Source: Nemertoderma westbladi (taxonomy: Eukaryota; Animalia; Xenacoelomorpha). From it: 64,000 nucleotides of DNA. The stretch lies in assembly GCA_032718475.1 (NCBI GenBank), contig JAUCBJ010007175.1, positions 60,290 to 124,289 of the forward strand, written 5' to 3'. A program made the position numbers and the translations under genes. The notes below the pieces were generated by a model. It was not told where the DNA came from, ran no database searches, and saw only the letters and a program-made list of their open reading frames with translations. The stretch's first letter is position 1. Every line of letters begins with the position of its first letter. Positions 1 to 17,000 of the stretch are shown one piece after another.

Positions 1-84
1 TTGAAGCCGAGGAGACACGGCTGAAAGTCTACGAAACACATCGGATTATTGATGACGTCATTGACCTCACTCTAGAAACACAAA
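1..84 (+). CDS. Host gene exon A (5'-truncated by the window), coiled-coil protein, probable laminin beta chain
   Basis: Open frame from nt 3 (EAEETRLKVYETHRIIDDVIDLTLETQ) ending at donor GTTAGT (85). Its phase 1 matches the next exon. Confidence 0.7.
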
Positions 85-527
85 GTTAGTCTGATTATAA
101 TTAGGCCGCGCTATTGATTTCCGGTTATATTTACTTTGAATCGAACATAATCGAAAAACATCGATAAAACCGTATGGTGTAAAAATATCGGGATTATAAA
201 CATTTGGTGAGTAGCTAGCCATGCATAGTGAAGTGCACAGAGAGCGCGAGCAGTTTTATTACATATATTTATCCCTTTAGTTAGAATATTATGTTGTAAT
301 TTACTAGCTTCAGCACGCAGTTGCAAAATAACTTGTCACTGTATTTCTCAACCCATATTATATATTTTATATAATATTATATTTCAAAACATAACAAATA
401 TTTACAGTATTTGCGATTTATTTACTTGATATATTTTTAACTTGTATTGTATATAGATACATATTGTCGCACAATGCTCATTTCTCCTTTGCACTAAAAA
501 TCGTAAATATCCGCCGAATTTTTGCAG

Positions 528-667
528 AACGAGTAGATGAGGATTTGGCTTCATTGAACGAAACATATAAGGAGATCACAAGGAGATTAAATCAACTTCA
601 GGGGGAAAAAATTACAGATTTAAAAAAGAAAATAGCATCTAATGAACAAAGGGCGGATGATGTAAAG
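528..667 (+). CDS. Host gene exon B, coiled-coil (probable laminin beta)
   Basis: Acceptor TTTTGCAG ending at 527 and donor AAG|GTCAGT at 668. Phase 1 in, phase 0 out. Heptad-like peptide RVDEDLASLNETYKEITRRLNQLQGEKITDLKKKIASNEQRADDVK. Confidence 0.8.
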
Positions 668-1004
668 GTCAGTTACTAAGGTTACTAATCTTTTGTAAAC
701 AACTCTGCCATGCAATGTGAAAAGTCACAACATATGTATAGTGTTACAAAGGAGAAAGACCGTGAGGGCAATACAAAAGACCGCAATTACTTAAACTTAT
801 GGAGAAAAACGTAAGTCAACAAAACTTGCGGTTTTTTGTCATTGCATATAATAATAAGAAAACGCACATACGGTTTTATTGAAATTTGTGTCTTTTGACT
901 TGCGGTTTTTTACAATTTGCAGAAAAGGCGCGAAATTCAAAATTGAAATTTCACCAAGTGACTTGCGGTGTTTTATCATCATGTCTGTATGCTACGGAGT
1001 TAGA

Positions 1005-1275
1005 GCAGAATTTAATGAGGATGTCAAATCTGAAAATTGCTTGGCGAGATCTGTTGGATGCATTTTCATTAATTACCTGAATAAGTCCTGATGGGAGAAA
1101 GCGAGATCGCTTTTAATTTTTGAGTTATCACTGTCTCTCCATGTCTGCCGGTCTGACCGTCAAAATTTAAGTTTAGACAGACAGCCAGAGACAGACCAAT
1201 AGTCAGACAGCCTATATTGTACCGAACATAAAAATTGACATTGGAGATTAAATCACGGACTTTGAATCCCAATTA
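1005..1275. repeat. Degenerate interspersed repeat, related to the copy at ~63388-63592 (possibly Helitron/Helentron-associated)
   Basis: Colinear shared blocks GAATTTAATGAGGAT..CAAATCT, GAGTTATCACTGT, GGTCTG.CCGTCAAA, and a GACA-rich tract. The family assignment is inference. Confidence 0.5.
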
Positions 1276-2049
1276 TTATGGCTCTGTGGGGTATTTCCCC
1301 GTTCCCAAGTTTTTTTGGTTATGCAACCTCTTTCGAGTTATTTACAAATAAAAAACCGCAGGGGTCGGGAGGTGGTCCCCTCCCTCCTTAATTAGTGAAT
1401 TAATTTACACAAATGCAAAAACACTGTAAGTACAAAAAATAACCCTGAAGTCAAAATATTAATGGAAAGTGAAAAATAATCACGTTGAAAAATTTCCCAA
1501 CCCAATTGCGTAGGGTTATAAAAAATTTGTAATTTACGGACATTTTAACCAACAATCTGAAGGAAAACAGTAATTTGCGTTTTACTCGAAATGACCTTGT
1601 TTTCACTTGCGGTCTTTTCACATTTCACTGCAGAACTTATATTTATCTTAGTTTATGTTTCGCTAACATTCAGTAGGTTAATGTAAGTGTGGTTTACAAT
1701 GTTGCTGTCACATGCAAATGTTCAAGTTTCAAGGTTAAATTCAGTTGTAACTTAAGCCTAATTTTTTTATCTCTACCCTATTATTAATTTTTAACACTGT
1801 AACTCAGCATTGAGTTACACCTAAGCGATTGGATCCATCGCAAGCCATAGTGATTATTCAAAAACCCCTCGACGTAATTCGACAACTAAACGGACAGTTT
1901 ACTCCCTAAAAATAGATTAATACTGCCAAAAATATGGCAGTATGTCTAACTTATTCATTAGGTTTGTGGCTTTTAAACCCCAATTTACGATAATATTTGA
2001 TAAAAGGTAATTATTATTATTGAAAATATAAGGGTTATATTTTTGAGTT

Positions 2050-5000
2050 TCATATACAGGAATATATTGATGTGTTTTATCGTATACAGGAATATATTTG
2101 TGTTTTATCATATACAGGAATATATTGATGTGTTTTATCGTATACAGGAATATATTGATGTGTTTTATCATATACAGGAATATATTTATGTGTTTTATCA
2201 TATACAGGAATATATTTATGTGTTTTATCATATACAGGAATATATTTATGTGTTTTATCATATACAGGAATATATTGATGTGTTTTATCGTATACAGGAA
2301 TATATTGATGTGTTTTATCATATACAGGAATATATTTATGTGTTTTATCATATACAGGAATATATTTATGTGTTTTATCATATACAGGAATATATTTATG
2401 TGTTTTATCATATACAGGAATATATTTATGTGTTTTATCATATACAGGAATATATTTATGTGTTTTATCATATACAGGAATATATTTATGTGTTTTATCA
2501 TATACAGGAATATATTTATGTGTTTTATCATATACAGGAATATATTTATGTGTTTTATCGTATACAGGAATATATTTGTGTTTTATCATATACAGGAATA
2601 TATTGATATGTTTTATCGTATACAGGAATATATTTATGTGTTTTATCATATACAGGAATATATTTATGTGTTTTATCATATACAGGAATATATTTATGTG
2701 TTTTATCATATACAGGAATATATTTATGTGTTTTATCATATACAGGAATATATTTATGTGTTTTATCATATACAGGAATATATTGATGTGTTTTATCGTA
2801 TACAGGAATATATTGATATGTTTTATCGTATACAGGAATATATTTGTGTTTTATCATATACAGGAATATATTGATATGTTTTATCGTATACAGGAATATA
2901 TTTATGTGTTTTATCATATACAGGAATATATTTATGTGTTTTATCATATACAGGAATATATTTATGTGTTTTATCATATACAGGAATATATTTATGTGTT
3001 TTATCATATACAGGAATATATTTATGTGTTTTATCATATACAGGAATATATTTATGTGTTTTATCATATACAGGAATATATTTATGTGTTTTATCATATA
3101 CAGGAATATATTTATGTGTTTTATCATATACAGGAATATATTGATATGTTTTATCGTATACAGGAATATATTTATGTGTTTTATCATATACAGGAATATA
3201 TTGATATGTTTTATCATATACAGGAATATATTTATGTGTTTTATCATATACAGGAATATATTGATGTGTTTTATCGTATACAGGAATATATTGATGTGTT
3301 TTATCATATACAGGAATATATTTATGTGTTTTATCATATACAGGAATATATTTATGTGTTTTATCATATACAGGAATATATTTATGTGTTTTATCATATA
3401 CAGGAATATATTTATGTGTTTTATCATATACAGGAATATATTTATGTGTTTTATCATATACAGGAATATATTTATGTGTTTTATCATATACAGGAATATA
3501 TTTATGTGTTTTATCATATACAGGAATATATTTATGTGTTTTATCATATACAGGAATATATTTATGTGTTTTATCATATACAGGAATATATTTATGTGTT
3601 TTATCATATACAGGAATATATTTATGTGTTTTATCATATACAGGAATATATTTATGTGTTTTATCATATACAGGAATATATTTATGTGTTTTATCATATA
3701 CAGGAATATATTTATGTGTTTTATCATATACAGGAATATATTTATGTGTTTTATCATATACAGGAATATATTTATGTGTTTTATCATATACAGGAATATA
3801 TTTATGTGTTTTATCATATACAGGAATATATTTATGTGTTTTATCGTATACAGGAATATATTTGTGTTTTATCATATACAGGAATATATTGATATGTTTT
3901 ATCGTATACAGGAATATATTTATGTGTTTTATCATATACAGGAATATATTTATGTGTTTTATCATATACAGGAATATATTTATGTGTTTTATCATATACA
4001 GGAATATATTTATGTGTTTTATCATATACAGGAATATATTTATGTGTTTTATCATATACAGGAATATATTGATGTGTTTTATCGTATACAGGAATATATT
4101 GATATGTTTTATCGTATACAGGAATATATTTGTGTTTTATCATATACAGGAATATATTGATATGTTTTATCGTATACAGGAATATATTTATGTGTTTTAT
4201 CATATACAGGAATATATTTATGTGTTTTATCATATACAGGAATATATTTATGTGTTTTATCATATACAGGAATATATTTATGTGTTTTATCATATACAGG
4301 AATATATTTATGTGTTTTATCATATACAGGAATATATTTATGTGTTTTATCATATACAGGAATATATTTATGTGTTTTATCATATACAGGAATATATTTA
4401 TGTGTTTTATCATATACAGGAATATATTGATATGTTTTATCGTATACAGGAATATATTTATGTGTTTTATCATATACAGGAATATATTGATATGTTTTAT
4501 CATATACAGGAATATATTTATGTGTTTTATCATATACAGGAATATATTGATGTGTTTTATCGTATACAGGAATATATTGATGTGTTTTATCGTATACAGG
4601 AATATATTGATATGTTTTATCGTATACAGGAATATATTGATATGTTTTATCGTATACAGGAATATATTTATGTGTTTTATCATATACAGTATACAGGAAT
4701 ATATTGATATGTTTTATCGTATACAGGAATATATTTATGTGTTTTATCATATACAGGAATATATTTATGTGTTTTATCATATACATGAATATATTTATGT
4801 GTTTTATCATATACAGGAATATATTTATGTGTTTTATCATATACAGGAATATATTTATGTGTTTTATCATATACAGGAATATATTTAGTGTTTTATCATA
4901 TACAGGAATATATTGATGTGTTTTATCATATACAGGAATATATTGCTATGTTTTATCGTATACAGGAATATATTTATGTGTTTTATCATATACAGGAATA

Positions 5001-8000
5001 TATTTATGTGTTTTATCATATACAGGAATATATTTATGTGTTTTATCATATACAGGAATATATTTATGTGTTTTATCATATACAGGAATATATTTATGTG
5101 TTTTATCATATACAGGAATATATTTATGTGTTTTATCATATACAGGAATATATTTATGTGTTTTATCATATACAGGAATATATTTATGTGTTTTATCGTA
5201 TACAGGAATATATTGATGTGTTTTATCGTATACAGGAATATATTGATATGTTTTATCGTATACAGGAATATATTGATATGTTTTATCGTATACAGGATTA
5301 TATTTATGTGTTTTATCATATACAGGAATATATTTATGTGTTTTATCATATACAGGAATATATTTATGTGTTTTATCATATACAGGAATATATTGATATG
5401 TTTTATCATATACAGGAATATATTTATGTGTTTTATCATATACAGGAATATATTGATGTGTTTTATCGTATACAGGAATATATTGATGTGTTTTATCGTA
5501 TACAGGAATATATTGATATGTTTTATCGTATACAGGAATATATTGATATGTTTTATCGTATACAGGAATATATTTATGTGTTTTATCATATACAGGAATA
5601 TATTTATGTGTTTTATCATATACAGGAATATATTGATGTGTTTTATCATATACAGGAATATATTGATATGTTTTATCGTATACAGGAATATATTTATGTG
5701 TTTTATCATATACAGGAATATATTTATGTGTTTTATCATATACAGGAATATATTTATGTGTTTTATCATATACAGGAATATATTTATGTGTTTTATCATA
5801 TACAGGAATATATTTATGTGTTTTATCATATACAGGAATATATTTATGTGTTTTATCATATACAGGAATATATTTATGTGTTTTATCATATACAGGAATA
5901 TATTTATGTGTTTTATCATATACAGGAATATATTGATATGTTTTATCGTATACAGGAATATATTTATGTGTTTTATCATATACAGGAATATATTTATGTG
6001 TTTTATCATATACAGGAATATATTTATGTGTTTTATCATATACAGGAATATATTGATGTGTTTTATCGTATACAGGAATATATTTATGTGTTTTATCATA
6101 TACAGGAATATATTTATGTGTTTTATCATATACAGGAATATATTGATATGTTTTATCGTATACAGGAATATATTTATGTGTTTTATCATATACAGGAATA
6201 TATTGATGTGTTTTATCGTATACAGGAATATATTGATATGTTTTATCGTATACAGGAATATATTGATATGTTTTATCGTATACAGGAATATATTTATGTG
6301 TTTTATCATATACAGGAATATATTTATGTGTTTTATCATATACAGGAATATATTGATGTGTTTTATCATATACAGGAATATATTGATATGTTTTATCGTA
6401 TACAGGAATATATTTATGTGTTTTATCATATACAGGAATATATTTATGTGTTTTATCATATACAGGAATATATTTATGTGTTTTATCATATACAGGAATA
6501 TATTTATGTGTTTTATCATATACAGGAATATATTTATGTGTTTTATCATATACAGGAATATATTTATGTGTTTTATCATATACAGGAATATATTTATGTG
6601 TTTTATCATATACAGGAATATATTTATGTGTTTTATCATATACAGGAATATATTGATATGTTTTATCGTATACAGGAATATATTTATGTGTTTTATCATA
6701 TACAGGAATATATTTATGTGTTTTATCATATACAGGAATATATTTATGTGTTTTATCATATACAGGAATATATTGATATGTTTTATCGTATACAGGAATA
6801 TATTGATGTGTTTTATCATATACAGGAATATATTGATATGTTTTATCGTATACAGGAATATATTTATGTGTTTTATCATATACAGGAATATATTTATGTG
6901 TTTTATCATATACAGGAATATATTTATGTGTTTTATCATATACAGGAATATATTTATGTGTTTTATCGTATACAGGAATATATTTATGTGTTTTATCATA
7001 TACAGGAATATATTTATGTGTTTTATCATATACAGGAATATATTTATGTGTTTTATCATATACAGGAATATATTTATGTGTTTTATCATATACAGGAATA
7101 TATTTATGTGTTTTATCATATACAGGAATATATTGATGTGTTTTATCATATACAGGAATATATTGATATGTTTTATCGTATACAGGAATATATTTATGTG
7201 TTTTATCATATACAGGAATATATTTATGTGTTTTATCATATACAGGAATATATTTATGTGTTTTATCATATACAGGAATATATTTATGTGTTTTATCATA
7301 TACAGGAATATATTTATGTGTTTTATCATATACAGGAATATATTTATGTGTTTTATCATATACAGGAATATATTTATGTGTTTTATCATATACAGGAATA
7401 TATTTATGTGTTTTATCATATACAGGAATATATTGATATGTTTTATCGTATACAGGAATATATTTATGTGTTTTATCATATACAGGAATATATTTATGTG
7501 TTTTATCATATACAGGAATATATTTATGTGTTTTATCATATACAGGAATATATTGATGTGTTTTATCGTATACAGGAATATATTTATGTGTTTTATCATA
7601 TACAGGAATATATTTATGTGTTTTATCATATACAGGAATATATTGATATGTTTTATCGTATACAGGAATATATTTATGTGTTTTATCATATACAGGAATA
7701 TATTGATGTGTTTTATCGTATACAGGAATATATTGATATGTTTTATCGTATACAGGAATATATTGATATGTTTTATCGTATACAGGAATATATTTATGTG
7801 TTTTATCATATACAGGAATATATTTATGTGTTTTATCATATACAGGAATATATTGATGTGTTTTATCATATACAGGAATATATTGATATGTTTTATCGTA
7901 TACAGGAATATATTTATGTGTTTTATCATATACAGGAATATATTTATGTGTTTTATCATATACAGGAATATATTTATGTGTTTTATCATATACAGGAATA

Positions 8001-11000
8001 TATTTATGTGTTTTATCATATACAGGAATATATTTATGTGTTTTATCATATACAGGAATATATTTATGTGTTTTATCATATACAGGAATATATTTATGTG
8101 TTTTATCATATACAGGAATATATTTATGTGTTTTATCATATACAGGAATATATTTATGTGTTTTATCATATACAGGAATATATTTATGTGTTTTATCATA
8201 TACAGGAATATATTTATGTGTTTTATCATATACAGGAATATATTTATGTGTTTTATCATATACAGGAATATATTTATGTGTTTTATCATATACAGGAATA
8301 TATTTATGTGTTTTATCATATACAGGAATATATTTATGTGTTTTATCATATACAGGAATATATTTATGTGTTTTATCATATACAGGAATATATTTATGTG
8401 TTTTATCATATACAGGAATATATTTATGTGTTTTATCATATACAGGAATATATTTATGTGTTTTATCATATACAGGAATATATTTATGTGTTTTATCATA
8501 TACAGGAATATATTTATGTGTTTTATCGTATACAGGAATATATTATGTGTTTTATCATATACAGGAATATATTGATATGTTTTATCGTATACAGGAATAT
8601 ATTTATGTGTTTTATCATATACAGGAATATATTTATGTGTTTTATCATATACAGGAATATATTTATGTGTTTTATCATATACAGGAATATATTTATGTGT
8701 TTTATCATATACAGGAATATATTTATGTGTTTTATCATATACAGGAATATATTGATGTGTTTTATCGTATACAGGAATATATTGATATGTTTTATCGTAT
8801 ACAGGAATATATTTGTGTTTTATCATATACAGGAATATATTGATATGTTTTATCGTATACAGGAATATATTTATGTGTTTTATCATATACAGGAATATAT
8901 TTATGTGTTTTATCATATACAGGAATATATTTATGTGTTTTATCATATACAGGAATATATTTATGTGTTTTATCATATACAGGAATATATTGATATGTTT
9001 TATCGTATACAGGAATATATTTATGTGTTTTATCATATACAGGAATATATTTATGTGTTTTATCATATACAGGAATATATTTATGTGTTTTATCATATAC
9101 AGGAATATATTGATGTGTTTTATCGTATACAGGAATATATTTATGTGTTTTATCATATACAGGAATATATTTATGTGTTTTATCATATACAGGAATATAT
9201 TGATATGTTTTATCGTATACAGGAATATATTTATGTGTTTTATCATATACAGGAATATATTGATGTGTTTTATCGTATACAGGAATATATTGATATGTTT
9301 TATCGTATACAGGAATATATTGATATGTTTTATCGTATACAGGAATATATTTATGTGTTTTATCATATACAGGAATATATTTATGTGTTTTATCATATAC
9401 AGGAATATATTGATGTGTTTTATCATATACAGGAATATATTGATATGTTTTATCGTATACAGGAATATATTTATGTGTTTTATCATATACAGGAATATAT
9501 TTATGTGTTTTATCATATACAGGAATATATTGATGTGTTTTATCATATACAGGAATATATTGATATGTTTTATCGTATACAGGAATATATTTATGTGTTT
9601 TATCATATACAGGAATATATTTATGTGTTTTATCATATACAGGAATATATTTATGTGTTTTATCATATACAGGAATATATTTATGTGTTTTATCATATAC
9701 AGGAATATATTTATGTGTTTTATCATATACAGGAATATATTTATGTGTTTTATCATATACAGGAATATATTTATGTGTTTTATCATATACAGGAATATAT
9801 TTATGTGTTTTATCATATACAGGAATATATTGATATGTTTTATCGTATACAGGAATATATTTATGTGTTTTATCATATACAGGAATATATTTATGTGTTT
9901 TATCATATACAGGAATATATTTATGTGTTTTATCATATACAGGAATATATTGATATGTTTTATCGTATACAGGAATATATTGATGTGTTTTATCATATAC
10001 AGGAATATATTGATATGTTTTATCGTATACAGGAATATATTTATGTGTTTTATCATATACAGGAATATATTTATGTGTTTTATCATATACAGGAATATAT
10101 TTATGTGTTTTATCATATACAGGAATATATTTATGTGTTTTATCGTATACAGGAATATATTTATGTGTTTTATCATATACAGGAATATATTTATGTGTTT
10201 TATCATATACAGGAATATATTTATGTGTTTTATCATATACAGGAATATATTTATGTGTTTTATCATATACAGGAATATATTTATGTGTTTTATCATATAC
10301 AGGAATATATTGATGTGTTTTATCATATACAGGAATATATTGATATGTTTTATCGTATACAGGAATATATTTATGTGTTTTATCATATACAGGAATATAT
10401 TTATGTGTTTTATCATATACAGGAATATATTTATGTGTTTTATCATATACAGGAATATATTTATGTGTTTTATCATATACAGGAATATATTTATGTGTTT
10501 TATCATATACAGGAATATATTTATGTGTTTTATCATATACAGGAATATATTTATGTGTTTTATCATATACAGGAATATATTTATGTGTTTTATCATATAC
10601 AGGAATATATTGATATGTTTTATCGTATACAGGAATATATTTATGTGTTTTATCATATACAGGAATATATTTATGTGTTTTATCATATACAGGAATATAT
10701 TTATGTGTTTTATCATATACAGGAATATATTGATGTGTTTTATCGTATACAGGAATATATTTATGTGTTTTATCATATACAGGAATATATTTATGTGTTT
10801 TATCATATACAGGAATATATTGATATGTTTTATCGTATACAGGAATATATTTATGTGTTTTATCATATACAGGAATATATTGATGTGTTTTATCGTATAC
10901 AGGAATATATTGATATGTTTTATCGTATACAGGAATATATTGATATGTTTTATCGTATACAGGAATATATTTATGTGTTTTATCATATACAGGAATATAT

Positions 11001-14000
11001 TTATGTGTTTTATCATATACAGGAATATATTGATGTGTTTTATCATATACAGGAATATATTGATATGTTTTATCGTATACAGGAATATATTTATGTGTTT
11101 TATCATATACAGGAATATATTTATGTGTTTTATCATATACAGGAATATATTTATGTGTTTTATCATATACAGGAATATATTTATGTGTTTTATCATATAC
11201 AGGAATATATTTATGTGTTTTATCATATACAGGAATATATTTATGTGTTTTATCATATACAGGAATATATTTATGTGTTTTATCATATACAGGAATATAT
11301 TTATGTGTTTTATCATATACAGGAATATATTTATGTGTTTTATCATATACAGGAATATATTTATGTGTTTTATCATATACAGGAATATATTTATGTGTTT
11401 TATCATATACAGGAATATATTTATGTGTTTTATCATATACAGGAATATATTTATGTGTTTTATCATATACAGGAATATATTTATGTGTTTTATCATATAC
11501 AGGAATATATTTATGTGTTTTATCATATACAGGAATATATTTATGTGTTTTATCATATACAGGAATATATTTATGTGTTTTATCATATACAGGAATATAT
11601 TTATGTGTTTTATCATATACAGGAATATATTTATGTGTTTTATCATATACAGGAATATATTTATGTGTTTTATCATATACAGGAATATATTTATGTGTTT
11701 TATCGTATACAGGAATATATTTGTGTTTTATCATATACAGGAATATATTGATATGTTTTATCGTATACAGGAATATATTTATGTGTTTTATCATATACAG
11801 GAATATATTTATGTGTTTTATCATATACAGGAATATATTTATGTGTTTTATCATATACAGGAATATATTTATGTGTTTTATCATATACAGGAATATATTT
11901 ATGTGTTTTATCATATACAGGAATATATTGATGTGTTTTATCGTATACAGGAATATATTGATATGTTTTATCGTATACAGGAATATATTTGTGTTTTATC
12001 ATATACAGGAATATATTGATATGTTTTATCGTATACAGGAATATATTTATGTGTTTTATCATATACAGGAATATATTTATGTGTTTTATCATATACAGGA
12101 ATATATTTATGTGTTTTATCATATACAGGAATATATTTATGTGTTTTATCATATACAGGAATATATTGATATGTTTTATCGTATACAGGAATATATTTAT
12201 GTGTTTTATCATATACAGGAATATATTTATGTGTTTTATCATATACAGGAATATATTTATGTGTTTTATCATATACAGGAATATATTGATGTGTTTTATC
12301 GTATACAGGAATATATTTATGTGTTTTATCATATACAGGAATATATTTATGTGTTTTATCATATACAGGAATATATTGATATGTTTTATCGTATACAGGA
12401 ATATATTTATGTGTTTTATCATATACAGGAATATATTGATGTGTTTTATCGTATACAGGAATATATTGATATGTTTTATCGTATACAGGAATATATTGAT
12501 ATGTTTTATCGTATACAGGAATATATTTATGTGTTTTATCATATACAGGAATATATTTATGTGTTTTATCATATACAGGAATATATTGATGTGTTTTATC
12601 ATATACAGGAATATATTGATATGTTTTATCGTATACAGGAATATATTTATGTGTTTTATCATATACAGGAATATATTTATGTGTTTTATCATATACAGGA
12701 ATATATTTATGTGTTTTATCATATACAGGAATATATTTATGTGTTTTATCATATACAGGAATATATTTATGTGTTTTATCATATACAGGAATATATTTAT
12801 GTGTTTTATCATATACAGGAATATATTGATATGTTTTATCGTATACAGGAATATATTGATGTGTTTTATCATATACAGGAATATATTGATATGTTTTATC
12901 GTATACAGGAATATATTTATGTGTTTTATCATATACAGGAATATATTTATGTGTTTTATCATATACAGGAATATATTTATGTGTTTTATCATATACAGGA
13001 ATATATTTATGTGTTTTATCGTATACAGGAATATATTTATGTGTTTTATCATATACAGGAATATATTTATGTGTTTTATCATATACAGGAATATATTTAT
13101 GTGTTTTATCATATACAGGAATATATTTATGTGTTTTATCATATACAGGAATATATTTATGTGTTTTATCATATACAGGAATATATTGATGTGTTTTATC
13201 ATATACAGGAATATATTGATATGTTTTATCGTATACAGGAATATATTTATGTGTTTTATCATATACAGGAATATATTTATGTGTTTTATCATATACAGGA
13301 ATATATTTATGTGTTTTATCATATACAGGAATATATTTATGTGTTTTATCATATACAGGAATATATTTATGTGTTTTATCATATACAGGAATATATTTAT
13401 GTGTTTTATCATATACAGGAATATATTTATGTGTTTTATCATATACAGGAATATATTTATGTGTTTTATCATATACAGGAATATATTGATATGTTTTATC
13501 GTATACAGGAATATATTTATGTGTTTTATCATATACAGGAATATATTTATGTGTTTTATCATATACAGGAATATATTTATGTGTTTTATCATATACAGGA
13601 ATATATTGATGTGTTTTATCGTATACAGGAATATATTTATGTGTTTTATCATATACAGGAATATATTTATGTGTTTTATCATATACAGGAATATATTGAT
13701 ATGTTTTATCGTATACAGGAATATATTTATGTGTTTTATCATATACAGGAATATATTGATGTGTTTTATCGTATACAGGAATATATTGATATGTTTTATC
13801 GTATACAGGAATATATTGATATGTTTTATCGTATACAGGAATATATTTATGTGTTTTATCATATACAGGAATATATTTATGTGTTTTATCATATACAGGA
13901 ATATATTGATGTGTTTTATCATATACAGGAATATATTGATATGTTTTATCGTATACAGGAATATATTTATGTGTTTTATCATATACAGGAATATATTTAT

Positions 14001-17000
14001 GTGTTTTATCATATACAGGAATATATTTATGTGTTTTATCATATACAGGAATATATTTATGTGTTTTATCATATACAGGAATATATTTATGTGTTTTATC
14101 ATATACAGGAATATATTTATGTGTTTTATCATATACAGGAATATATTTATGTGTTTTATCATATACAGGAATATATTTATGTGTTTTATCATATACAGGA
14201 ATATATTTATGTGTTTTATCATATACAGGAATATATTTATGTGTTTTATCATATACAGGAATATATTTATGTGTTTTATCATATACAGGAATATATTTAT
14301 GTGTTTTATCATATACAGGAATATATTTATGTGTTTTATCATATACAGGAATATATTTATGTGTTTTATCATATACAGGAATATATTTATGTGTTTTATC
14401 ATATACAGGAATATATTTATGTGTTTTATCATATACAGGAATATATTTATGTGTTTTATCATATACAGGAATATATTTATGTGTTTTATCATATACAGGA
14501 ATATATTTATGTGTTTTATCATATACAGGAATATATTTATGTGTTTTATCGTATACAGGAATATATTTATGTGTTTTATCATATACAGGAATATATTGAT
14601 ATGTTTTATCGTATACAGGAATATATTTATGTGTTTTATCATATACAGGAATATATTTATGTGTTTTATCATATACAGGAATATATTTATGTGTTTTATC
14701 ATATACAGGAATATATTGATGTGTTTTATCGTATACAGGAATATATTTATGTGTTTTATCATATACAGGAATATATTTATGTGTTTTATCATATACAGGA
14801 ATATATTGATATGTTTTATCGTATACAGGAATATATTTATGTGTTTTATCATATACAGGAATATATTGATGTGTTTTATCGTATACAGGAATATATTGAT
14901 ATGTTTTATCGTATACAGGAATATATTGATATGTTTTATCGTATACAGGAATATATTTATGTGTTTTATCATATACAGGAATATATTTATGTGTTTTATC
15001 ATATACAGGAATATATTGATGTGTTTTATCATATACAGGAATATATTGATATGTTTTATCGTATACAGGAATATATTTATGTGTTTTATCATATACAGGA
15101 ATATATTTATGTGTTTTATCATATACAGGAATATATTTATGTGTTTTATCATATACAGGAATATATTTATGTGTTTTATCATATACAGGAATATATTTAT
15201 GTGTTTTATCATATACAGGAATATATTTATGTGTTTTATCATATACAGGAATATATTGATGTGTTTTATCGTATACAGGAATATATTGATGTGTTTTATC
15301 GTATACAGGAATATATTGATATGTTTTATCGTATACAGGAATATATTGATATGTTTTATCGTATACAGGAATATATTTATGTGTTTTATCATATACAGTA
15401 TACAGGAATATATTGATATGTTTTATCGTATACAGGAATATATTTATGTGTTTTATCATATACAGGAATATATTTATGTGTTTTATCATATACATGAATA
15501 TATTTATGTGTTTTATCATATACAGGAATATATTTATGTGTTTTATCATATACAGGAATATATTTATGTGTTTTATCATATACAGGAATATATTTGTGTT
15601 TTATCATATACAGGAATATATTGATGTGTTTTATCATATACAGGAATATATTGATATGTTTTATCGTATACAGGAATATATTTATGTGTTTTATCATATA
15701 CAGGAATATATTTATGTGTTTTATCATATACAGGAATATATTTATGTGTTTTATCATATACAGGAATATATTTATGTGTTTTATCATATACAGGAATATA
15801 TTTATGTGTTTTATCATATACAGGAATATATTTATGTGTTTTATCATATACAGGAATATATTTATGTGTTTTATCATATACAGGAATATATTTATGTGTT
15901 TTATCGTATACAGGAATATATTGATGTGTTTTATCGTATACAGGAATATATTGATATGTTTTATCGTATACAGGAATATATTGATATGTTTTATCGTATA
16001 CAGGATTATATTTATGTGTTTTATCATATACAGGAATATATTTATGTGTTTTATCATATACAGGAATATATTTATGTGTTTTATCATATACAGGAATATA
16101 TTTATGTGTTTTATCATATACAGGAATATATTGATGTGTTTTATCATATACAGGAATATATTGATATGTTTTATCGTATACAGGAATATATTTATGTGTT
16201 TTATCATATACAGGAATATATTTATGTGTTTTATCATATACAGGAATATATTTATGTGTTTTATCATATACAGGAATATATTTATGTGTTTTATCATATA
16301 CAGGAATATATTTATGTGTTTTATCATATACAGGAATATATTTATGTGTTTTATCATATACAGGAATATATTGATATGTTTTATCGTATACAGGAATATA
16401 TTGATGTGTTTTATCATATACAGGAATATATTGATATGTTTTATCGTATACAGGAATATATTTATGTGTTTTATCATATACAGGAATATATTTATGTGTT
16501 TTATCATATACAGGAATATATTTATGTGTTTTATCATATACAGGAATATATTTATGTGTTTTATCGTATACAGGAATATATTGATGTGTTTTATCGTATA
16601 CAGGAATATATTGATGTGTTTTATCGTATACAGGAATATATTGATATGTTTTATCGTATACAGGAATATATTGATATGTTTTATCGTATACAGGAATATA
16701 TTGATATGTTTTATCGTATACAGGAATATATTTATGTGTTTTATCATATACAGGAATATATTGATGTGTTTTATCGTATACAGGAATATATTGATGTGTT
16801 TTATCATATACAGGAATATATTTATGTGTTTTATCATATACAGGAATATATTTATGTGTTTTATCATATACAGGAATATATTTATGTGTTTTATCATATA
16901 CAGGAATATATTTATGTGTTTTATCATATACAGGAATATATTTATGTGTTTTATCATATACAGGAATATATTTATGTGTTTTATCATATACAGGAATATA

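Noticed and set aside
705-1635. Possible inverted-repeat element (AATGTGAAAAG/CTTTTCACATT, AAAGACCGCAA/TTGCGGTCTTT)
   Set aside because: The matches are only ~11 bp in AT-rich DNA, and no termini or TSD could be defined.
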